Assembly: GCA_002309015.1 (NCBI GenBank) | Contig: DBWM01000012.1 | Coordinates: 16,638-80,637 of the forward strand | From: Myxococcales bacterium UBA1238 | GTDB lineage: Bacteria > Myxococcota_A > Bradymonadia > UBA7976 > UBA1532 | Length of the DNA stretch: 64,000 nucleotides | Direction of reading: 5' to 3' | Shown: positions 21,134-27,694 of the stretch, piece after piece | How positions within the stretch are numbered: position 1 is the stretch's first letter | Layout of the letters: each line of letters opens with the position of its first letter | Program-made: the position numbers and the translations under genes | Notes under the pieces: model-generated | What the model was told of the DNA's origin: nothing | What the model saw: the letters and a program-made list of their open reading frames with translations, nothing else | Database searches by the model: none

Positions 21134-21835
21134 ATGAAGGCTGAAATCATTCGCTCGCTGGAACGGTACCGCATTGCCCAGATGGCGCATCCCTCAGACC
21201 GCAAAGAGCTCGAGGAATCGACCATTATCTCGTTGATTTTTAACGACAATCTGCTTGAAGGCCAAAACTACCCCATCCCCAACATCAAGCGCGCCTTCAC
21301 CTGCGATCTGCAGACCGTCGAACCCTACCTGGTGCCCGATTTTAAGCGCATCCGCTCCTACCGCGCGCTCATCGAATGGATGCAGCAGGAAGCCCGCCGG
21401 GGTATCAAATCCCTCAATCTTGAGAATTTAAAATACATTCACCAGGCCATCCTTTCGGAAAACCGGGAAGAAGGCGACTCCTTTCGCACCAATTCGCCCG
21501 TCCACCGCGATTACGCCCAGGCGATCTGCGGGCATGAACAGGTGCCGAATCTGCTGAAGAAATTCTTTGAGGAGATCGCTTCGGAATTTGAAGAAGCGAC
21601 AGATTTGGTGGCTTACTGCGCGCAAAAACACCATCAGCTCATGTATATCTACCCCTTTAAACTGAATCCGGGATCCACAGCGCGCCTCTTTACCAACCTC
21701 ATGTTCTTGTCGCAGGGCTACCCGCCGCTGATTCTTTCGGGTTTGCAGCGCAGCGAATATTACGAAGCGCTCTGCCAAAGCGATGCGACCGCGCTGACAG
21801 AGCTCTTTTACGAGGCTTTTCAAAAGAACATGTAG
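21134..21835 (+). CDS. Fic/DOC-fold protein with degenerate active-site motif
   Basis: 233 aa. The segment HHQLMYIYPFKLNPGSTARLFTNLMFLSQGYPPLIL aligns to the Fic core HPFx(D/E)GNGRxxR followed by GYPP, but reads YPFKLNPGSTAR (21650..21685). Confidence 0.65.
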   Translation: MKAEIIRSLERYRIAQMAHPSDRKELEESTIISLIFNDNLLEGQNYPIPNIKRAFTCDLQTVEPYLVPDFKRIRSYRALIEWMQQEARRGIKSLNLENLKYIHQAILSENREEGDSFRTNSPVHRDYAQAICGHEQVPNLLKKFFEEIASEFEEATDLVAYCAQKHHQLMYIYPFKLNPGSTARLFTNLMFLSQGYPPLILSGLQRSEYYEALCQSDATALTELFYEAFQKNM

Positions 21836-22001
21836 GTTCTTAAGGGTATTTTAGGGAATGGATGGATGTGATGGAGCACCGTTTGAGCTGGAGGCTTCTT
21901 CACATTGTGGGTCGATGCTGATTTGATCGATCGCGTTCGCAAAAAGATACGGGAAATCCGCTTGCGGACAGGTTTGATTGAACCCCATACATGCCTTCTC
22001 A

Positions 22002-22027
22002 CATCCCGGCCGCTTAGAGCCGGGATG
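22002..22027. other. perfect 9-bp inverted repeat (hairpin) in gene-free spacer
   Basis: CATCCCGGC, 8-nt loop, GCCGGGATG. There is no flanking T-run, so it is not a classical terminator. Confidence 0.5.
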
Positions 22028-22230
22028 CTCGCTCGGGGTCACGGACAGTCATGAACCCGCCTCCAGTCTCTCTCGTGTGAATGATTCCTCGAAGCGTCCA
22101 GAATCCAGGATCTTTTTTGGGCACAAATCTTCTTCGTTTCGCTCGTCAGGGGACTGGATCCGGTGTGATCGGGTTTGGGAAGCAGAATTGAGTGGGTATC
22201 TTGTGGATCCAATAAGGATTCAGCGGTTGG

Positions 22231-22398
22231 CCATCGGATGGATCGCCCAGAGATGGAAGATGATGCGCTCAACCATCGGATGAATTCCGGTTTCAGGTGC
22301 AATCCAGGCAAAATTCATTCGATAGATCGCGAACTCCTTCGGAAGAAATCCCTAATCCATCGGATGGTTCACGCTTCAGCTTCTCTGCATACCCTCAA
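22231..22398. repeat. four 42-bp phased repeat units headed by CCATCGGATG
   Basis: Exact CCATCGGATG at 22231, 22273 and 22357. A degenerate copy TCATTCGATAGATCGCG at 22315 compares with CCATCGGATGGATCGCC at 22231. Unit starts are exactly 42 nt apart. Confidence 0.75.
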
Positions 22399-22418
22399 CG
22401 ATTGAATGAATGGAGAGC

Positions 22419-23369
22419 TCAGTTTTCGAGATGGGCGACCTGGGAGCTCTCCTCATCCTGCTTGCTTGGAGCTTTAAACCCCTGGGCGACCACGAACAGC
22501 TCTACGCTTTCGCTGCGGGTACCTTTGGGTTTGATGCGGCGCAAGGAGGCGAAGAAGCCTTTGATTTCGTCAACAAAATCGTTGAGTTCGCTGCCTTCGA
22601 AGATCTTGCAGACGAAGGCTCCGCCGGGACGCAAAACGGTTTGGGCCACCGAAAAAGCGCGACGGCAGAGTTCAACGGAGCGCATGTGATCCGTAAAGCG
22701 ATCGCCGCAGGTGTTGGGGGCCATGTCGCTCATCACCACGTCGAAAGCCTGCCCCACGGGCGCCTGCAGATCCTCGGGCGAAGTCTGAAAGATGTCGCCC
22801 TGTAAAACCGTGATATTCTGGGCATTTACAGGTTTTATGGGCTTCAGGTCGATGCCGACCACATGGCCTTTGGGGCCTACCTTTTTAGAGGTATATTGCA
22901 TCCAGGATCCGGGCGAACAGCCTAAATCCAAAATTTTGGCCCCCGCGTGGATGAGCCTGGCTTTTTGATCGATCTCTTCGAGCTTATAAATGCTGCGCGC
23001 GTGGTAGCCTTCTTCTTTGGCTTTGCGCGCATAATGATCTTGTGTTCTTCCTGGCATGGCCTCCATTTGCTCCATTTCTTTTGCAATTTCAAGATCTTCT
23101 GCAGTTTTAAGCTGCACGGGAAGACCAGCCCAGTCCGAATCATCGCCCACCAAAAGCTGACGGCGACGCTGCAATTCCGCCAAACGCCGCTCGCGACCGG
23201 GTAAAACGGGCCCGTGAAGGCTCTCCAGAAGATCGCCAGGACGCGCATCCGGTGGCAAATCTGACAGCTCCACTTCATAGTTCTCGCCCTCCTCGTCGAT
23301 GAGCACCGCATAGGGTTCCTCTACGCGATCAAAACTGAAGAAAAACAATAAGATAGAGATTGCAAACAT
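22419..23369 (-). CDS. rlmE: 23S rRNA 2'-O-methyltransferase RlmE/FtsJ with about 100-aa N-terminal DUF3006-like extension
   Basis: Core YARKAKEEGYHARSIYKLEEIDQK, LDLGCSPGSWMQY, DVVMSDMAPNTCG and KIFEGSE. N-terminal FDRVEEPYAVLIDEEGENYEVELSDLPPDARPGDLL resembles DUF3006. Its ATG shares one nucleotide with the upstream stop (TGATG). An internal ATG at 23075 would give a canonical-length RlmE. Confidence 0.85.
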   Translation of the reverse strand: MFAISILLFFFSFDRVEEPYAVLIDEEGENYEVELSDLPPDARPGDLLESLHGPVLPGRERRLAELQRRRQLLVGDDSDWAGLPVQLKTAEDLEIAKEMEQMEAMPGRTQDHYARKAKEEGYHARSIYKLEEIDQKARLIHAGAKILDLGCSPGSWMQYTSKKVGPKGHVVGIDLKPIKPVNAQNITVLQGDIFQTSPEDLQAPVGQAFDVVMSDMAPNTCGDRFTDHMRSVELCRRAFSVAQTVLRPGGAFVCKIFEGSELNDFVDEIKGFFASLRRIKPKGTRSESVELFVVAQGFKAPSKQDEESSQVAHLEN

Positions 23370-23713
23370 CAGGGGATCTCCTTTTCGATCAGGTTCATGG
23401 TGTCGGAATCGACAAAGTTGATGTGGGTGACCGAAACGCCGATGAGCTTGCCCCAGTGAAAGAGCAGGCGCGCCGTTTCCCGTTCATCTGCGGTCACTTC
23501 CATGCCCGGTCTCAGGGATGACACCCCAAATGATTTTGATTCGAGCTCCATCATGGCCACGAGCAGCGACCCCAGGGGCAACTCGCTGGTTAAGCGAAAC
23601 TGACGCCCCAGCTCGCAACGCGGTAACTCCCCTTGTCCCAATGCAAAAATCCCTGTCGTGCCCGCTTCAATCCCAAGCTCGCAAAACTTCTCCAATATGC
23701 ACTGCGTCCTCAT
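23369..23713 (-). CDS. hypothetical 114-aa cytoplasmic protein (possible Roadblock/LC7-like alpha/beta fold, weak)
   Basis: ATG 23713 is preceded by AGGAG at 6-nt spacing. The longer track ORF (to 23773) would contain the sigma54-type promoter. No recognisable catalytic motif. Confidence 0.6.
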   Translation of the reverse strand: MRTQCILEKFCELGIEAGTTGIFALGQGELPRCELGRQFRLTSELPLGSLLVAMMELESKSFGVSSLRPGMEVTADERETARLLFHWGKLIGVSVTHINFVDSDTMNLIEKEIP

Positions 23714-23751
23714 CGAAAACTCCTGCATGGTGAATGGACGCAATCCTATAC

Positions 23752-23767
23752 TGCACAAAGCGTGCCA
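23752..23767 (-). promoter_or_regulatory. sigma54 (-24/-12) promoter upstream of the 114-aa gene and rlmE
   Basis: The minus strand reads TGGCACGCTTTGTGCA, with GG and GC at the canonical spacing. It shares TTGGCACGCTT exactly with the pilin promoter at 34968..34984. Lies about 40 nt upstream of ATG 23713. Confidence 0.6.
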
Positions 23768-23816
23768 AATCATAAGTCATTGATTTTAAAGAAGATTCCT
23801 TAATTTGACGGCAGAT

Positions 23817-23857
23817 AAAAAGCGTTCACAGCGTCCAGACTGTCCAGAATCTGAACG
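23817..23857 (-). terminator. candidate intrinsic terminator after the receiver-like gene
   Basis: Minus strand: CGTTCA(G), loop containing the GTCTGGAC/TCTGGAC direct repeat, (CTG)TGAACG, then CTTTTTAT. Confidence 0.4.
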
Positions 23858-23886
23858 TTTTGGGGCGCCGGTTGTTTGAGCGATTT

Positions 23887-24315
23887 TTAATTGAGGGGAG
23901 CGTAGAGATGAGGCAGGAGGGTGGCTACCAGCCAATATTGGACGAAGATTTTAATCGATTCGAGGCAGGGTTCAGGATCGGCCGGGAAGACCGCGTAGCC
24001 CGCAGCGCCATACATGTAACTCCCCGTACATAAACAGGGATCGGATGCGCCCTGGGTCACCACTACGCGGGGAATCGGCTGCCACACGTCAGACTGCATC
24101 AGGAATTTTAAGATCTGCCCCGAAGACTTCCAGGCCAAATCGGAATCCAGAATGAGCAGGCTCGGCAACAAACCACCCGACGGCATTTCGAAGGCGCGCA
24201 GAGAAAACGCCTGCTCGCAATCGATGCGTTCACAAAGCGTTTCGGGCACCTGAGCCATCTCGCGTTCGAGGGTGGAAAGCAGTTCGCTTTCGCCCAAAAG
24301 CCAGATTTTTTGCAT
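23887..24315 (-). CDS. single-domain response-regulator receiver-like protein with degenerate phospho-pocket
   Basis: 142 aa with a CheY-like pattern. KIWLLGESE stands in place of the DD pair. LLILDSDL keeps the Asp and VVVTQG keeps the Thr. GYAVFPADP stands in place of the conserved Lys-Pro. C-terminal FVQYWL..LLP tail. The start lies 4 nt after the pilin stop. Confidence 0.65.
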   Translation of the reverse strand: MQKIWLLGESELLSTLEREMAQVPETLCERIDCEQAFSLRAFEMPSGGLLPSLLILDSDLAWKSSGQILKFLMQSDVWQPIPRVVVTQGASDPCLCTGSYMYGAAGYAVFPADPEPCLESIKIFVQYWLVATLLPHLYAPLN

Positions 24316-24319
24316 CGCG

Positions 24320-24934
24320 TCACTCGAGCGGATTAATGCGGTAAACGGCAGCGCCCCCGATCACTTCGTTTTCGTTGCTCACTCCGCCCACGCGTTCAAA
24401 TGTGGAGTAAGAATCGTTGCAATTGAGGTTGCCCATGGCGCGCGCGGTAAACCTTGCACCGCTTTCGAGGCCGGGTCCGACGCCTTTGGTCTCATATTCA
24501 TACCAATAATAATGGTATTCGTTGATCGAGAAGTTGAGCGCCTGCCACATGTCGGCGTTCCAGCGGGCGGTCCAGTCCTGAGGCGCTGTGGGGGATCCGG
24601 CGGGCGGACATTTATCGCCCGTCAGGCCGCAGCAGGGGTTGGTTCCGGGCACCGGGCCCACCGCGTATTCTCCGAGTCCGGGGAACCTTGGTTCGATACC
24701 GCGACCAAAGCGGTCGGAATAGCCCGCGTTGTAGTAAACCACGCTGCCATCGAAGAGTTTGCGCAAATTGAGCACAGCTTCGGTCGTTTTGGCGCGACGG
24801 ACATATTTAATGAATGCCGGGATGGCTGCCGATGCGAGGATGCTTAAAATCGTGACCACGATCATCAGCTCGATCAGCGTAAATCCCTTTGTGGCCCTGC
24901 TTTTTGAACATAAGCTTTGCTTTTGATGTTTCAT
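24320..24934 (-). CDS. type IV pilin (PilA paralog)
   Basis: Class III signal ...[38 protein letters not shown] from ATG 24934. Colinear with the 35603 pilin through the C-terminus (W.ALNF, KGVG, FTARA.G.L.CN, FERV, GGA..Y..N.LE). Confidence 0.88.
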   Translation of the reverse strand: MKHQKQSLCSKSRATKGFTLIELMIVVTILSILASAAIPAFIKYVRRAKTTEAVLNLRKLFDGSVVYYNAGYSDRFGRGIEPRFPGLGEYAVGPVPGTNPCCGLTGDKCPPAGSPTAPQDWTARWNADMWQALNFSINEYHYYWYEYETKGVGPGLESGARFTARAMGNLNCNDSYSTFERVGGVSNENEVIGGAAVYRINPLE

Positions 24935-24996
24935 TGCATGCCGCCGTATTTTGTAACCCATTTTTTCTAGAGTAACAGGGAAGCGCGCGATCTGCA

Positions 24997-25002
24997 ATTA
25001 TA
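24997..25002 (-). promoter_or_regulatory. possible -10 box (TATAAT) for the orphan pilin operon
   Basis: Perfect TATAAT on the minus strand about 60 nt upstream of ATG 24934. No convincing -35 element. Confidence 0.25.
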
Positions 25003-25007
25003 ACCAT

Positions 25008-25041
25008 AAAAAAAGGCCAGCACTGAGGCTGGCCTTTTTTT
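25008..25041 (-). terminator. bidirectional-looking intrinsic terminator after the OMP gene
   Basis: AAAAAAA, GGCCAGC, ACTGAG, GCTGGCC, TTTTTTT. Confidence 0.8.
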
Positions 25042-25060
25042 AAGCAACTGGATTCGGAAA

Positions 25061-25615
25061 TTACAACCAGTAAGTCATACCGAAGCCGGTGCCAATATCG
25101 AAGATGGAGAAGTAGTTGCCTTCGCCCTTGCTCGTATGCCCAAGCGCTTCACCTTCCTTGGGAATCATGTGGATGCCGATACCGGTTTCCAGATGGAAGG
25201 AAACGTTCTTGGTGGGGAAGTAGTAAATGCGGACGGGGATGTCGATATCGAGCTCGGTCGCGCCGTCGGGATCCTGACCGCCCTTCTCCTTGTGAGGCTT
25301 TGTCATACCGACATCGAGGCGAGCGCCGACGGTGAACGCCGCTTCATTGGAACGCATCGCGTCAAAGAAGAAGCCCAGACCAAAACCGATGTTGTGGCCC
25401 ATGCCGTCGTTGTCTTTGGGGGAGTCGAAAGACATGCCGATCATGCCTTCGAGGCGCATGTTCTTGGCAACGCCGTAACCGATGGTGAGACCATTCAGGC
25501 CGCTGATGGTATCAGCATAACCAAGTCCCAGCTTACCAGTGGTGGGAAGCTCGGCGTTAGCGGCGGAGATGCAGGCGAACAAAGCGACGAGAGAGAACAA
25601 ACCAGCTTTCTTCAT
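25061..25615 (-). CDS. small outer-membrane beta-barrel protein
   Basis: Signal peptide MKKAGLFSLVALFACISAANA. Alternating hydrophobic beta-strand pattern, Gly/aromatic-rich, C-terminal GFGMTYWL. Confidence 0.75.
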   Translation of the reverse strand: MKKAGLFSLVALFACISAANAELPTTGKLGLGYADTISGLNGLTIGYGVAKNMRLEGMIGMSFDSPKDNDGMGHNIGFGLGFFFDAMRSNEAAFTVGARLDVGMTKPHKEKGGQDPDGATELDIDIPVRIYYFPTKNVSFHLETGIGIHMIPKEGEALGHTSKGEGNYFSIFDIGTGFGMTYWL

Positions 25616-25808
25616 AAAAAAGCTCCTACGTTAGGGCCCAATCAACTGGGCACGTTAGAAAGAACAACCAAACGAGTGGCAGTTTAACAAGCCTTATGGG
25701 GTTGTAAAGTTAAAAAGTCGACAAGAATGCGTCTTTTTCGTGACCGTTTTTTTCTTTTTAAAGCCGTTCTATGCTTTTTGCACTTAAAAACAGCCTCTTT
25801 TGAAACAC

Positions 25809-26774
25809 ATGAGAATCATCCAATCCTACAAGGAAGCCTCCATTTTTTGCAAAATCACCCGAGGATCCGCCATCGCCATCGGGACTTTTGACGGCATCCA
25901 TTGCGGACATCGCGCAGTGTTACAAAATGCTCTTTGGGCCCAAAAAGAGGGGCTCTGCCCGCTGGTCTTCACCTTTCACCCCCACCCAGTTCGACTTTTG
26001 GCCCCAGAACTCGCGCCGCCCTCGATTTGCAGCCTCGAAGACAAACGCCATTTGCTCGCAGGGATGGGGTTTGAATCTCTTTTGGAGCAGCAGCTCGACC
26101 GCGCGTTTTTAAGCATGGAACCTGTTGATTTTATTCATAAAGTTCTCATAGACGCGCTGCATGCAAAGCGCATTTTTGTGGGCTACGACTTCAGCTTTGG
26201 CGCAAAGCGCAAGGGCGATCCTCAGCTTTTAAAGGCGGTGGCCGAAACATTGGGGGCGCAGGTGCAGGTGATCCCGCCACAGGCCGTGGGCAACGGGCTC
26301 GTGGTTTCGAGCACCAAGATTCGCGCGTTTTTGCATGAAGGGCGCGTCGATGCGGCGGCGTTGGCGCTGGGACGATTGTATCACATTGTCGGACGCGTGA
26401 TTCCGGGGGAACAGCGCGGGCGGACGCTCGGATTTCCAACGGCTAACCTTGCGACTTTAAACGAGATCATTCCACCATTGGGTACCTATACTACCTGGGT
26501 GCTTTGCGATGCGCTGGGACCGATCGCCCAGCCGGCCATCACCAACATTGGGCAAAATCCCACGTTTCACAGCGATCGCGATTTGCATATTGAAACCCAT
26601 ATTCTGGGCAAATGCCCTGATCTTTACGGGCAGGAGATGCGGCTGTTTTTTGCGCAGCGCCTTCGGGACGAATGCCGGTTTGAAAACGCCGATGCGCTCG
26701 TGCAGCAGATTCACCGCGACGTGGAGCGCGCCAAAGAGCTCCTTTTGCATCAGACGCCGCCGGTTTGGGGTTGA
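25809..26774 (+). CDS. ribF: bifunctional riboflavin kinase / FAD synthetase
   Basis: AIGTFDGIHCGHRAVL, SSTKIR and GRTLGFPTANL motifs. ATG at 25809; the track uses TTG 25800. Confidence 0.92.
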   Translation: MRIIQSYKEASIFCKITRGSAIAIGTFDGIHCGHRAVLQNALWAQKEGLCPLVFTFHPHPVRLLAPELAPPSICSLEDKRHLLAGMGFESLLEQQLDRAFLSMEPVDFIHKVLIDALHAKRIFVGYDFSFGAKRKGDPQLLKAVAETLGAQVQVIPPQAVGNGLVVSSTKIRAFLHEGRVDAAALALGRLYHIVGRVIPGEQRGRTLGFPTANLATLNEIIPPLGTYTTWVLCDALGPIAQPAITNIGQNPTFHSDRDLHIETHILGKCPDLYGQEMRLFFAQRLRDECRFENADALVQQIHRDVERAKELLLHQTPPVWG

Positions 26775-26777
26775 ATC

Positions 26778-27614
26778 ATGCTTCGCGCAGGATTGATCGG
26801 TCAGAACATCGCTCGCAGCCTCTCGCCCATCCTGCACAGCGCGGCGGCAAAATCGATTGGTATGACAGCGGATTACGCTCTTTTTGACCTGCCGACCGAA
26901 CGACTTGAAGGCTGGCTTGCCCAAGAGGCGCAGACGCTCGACGGCTTTAACGTGACTGCGCCTTACAAGGTGGCGGTCTTTGAGCAGCTTTCTCACGAAA
27001 ATCCCCGTTTTTACACAGAGTTGGATGCGACAGCGCTCAAAGCCGGGGCGGTCAATACGGTCAAAATCGAGCCAGGGCCAAAGCTTGTGGGCTACAACAC
27101 CGATCTCGAAGGCGTGCGGGCGGCGATCGATGTCCTGGAGCCTCTTTCGGGATCGCATGCGGTGCTGCTCGGAGCGGGCGGCGCTGCGCGGGCGGTTTTG
27201 GCGGCTTTGGTGGAACGCGATCTTCAGGTGACGGTTTTGGCGCGAAACCGCGATGCAGCCGAGCAGCTTGCGGCTTTGCATGACGGTGTAACTCACGAAA
27301 ATCTTTCACAATTTCAACAAGTTGCAAAAGACGCAGCGATCGTCATCAATGGTCTGCCTCCTGCCGCAGACGGATTTTTTGAAACGCTCTCGTTTTTGCC
27401 TGCCGACGCTTGCTGCCTCGATTTGGGTTACGGATCGCGTCCCTTTTTAAAGAGGGCTCAGATGCGCGGGCTCAGGTGCGAGGACGGGCTTCGGTTTTTA
27501 TGGGCGCAGGGCATCGCGTCTTTTTTGATTTGGACGGGGCAACCCCCAAATCGGGACGCCGTTTGGAAAGCATTGCAGGAAGCCCAACTGCGCGCCTTGC
27601 AGGCTACAAGCTGA
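26778..27614 (+). CDS. aroE: shikimate dehydrogenase
   Basis: LIGQNIARSLSPILH, FNVTAPYK, GYNTDLEG and LLGAGGAARAV. Confidence 0.9.
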   Translation: MLRAGLIGQNIARSLSPILHSAAAKSIGMTADYALFDLPTERLEGWLAQEAQTLDGFNVTAPYKVAVFEQLSHENPRFYTELDATALKAGAVNTVKIEPGPKLVGYNTDLEGVRAAIDVLEPLSGSHAVLLGAGGAARAVLAALVERDLQVTVLARNRDAAEQLAALHDGVTHENLSQFQQVAKDAAIVINGLPPAADGFFETLSFLPADACCLDLGYGSRPFLKRAQMRGLRCEDGLRFLWAQGIASFLIWTGQPPNRDAVWKALQEAQLRALQATS

Positions 27615-27622
27615 AAAAGGGA

Positions 27623-27652
27623 TTGACAGTTTGAAAGATCTCTCCCTAATGC
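27623..27652 (+). promoter_or_regulatory. possible sigma70-type promoter ahead of pilB
   Basis: Perfect TTGACA at 27623..27628, but the only -10 candidates are weak (CCTAAT or TAATGC). Confidence 0.25.
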
Positions 27653-27694
27653 TCTTTTTTTGGCGCCAAAACCGCGCGAACGTGAGGGGATTTT

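Noticed and set aside
21978-22405. ORFs 21978..22283 (+), 22039..22311 (-) and 22175..22405 (+) in the long spacer, considered as real genes.
   Set aside because: They mutually overlap in different frames, have no RBS and no recognisable motifs, and their periodic residues (HRM or IRW) simply follow from the 42-bp DNA repeat. They are kept as an alternative hypothesis in the repeat finding only.
24690-24700. GGTTCGATACC, a tRNA T-arm-like sequence.
   Set aside because: It lies inside the pilin paralog coding region, and no acceptor or anticodon stems can be drawn around it. I found no convincing tRNA anywhere in the window by eye.
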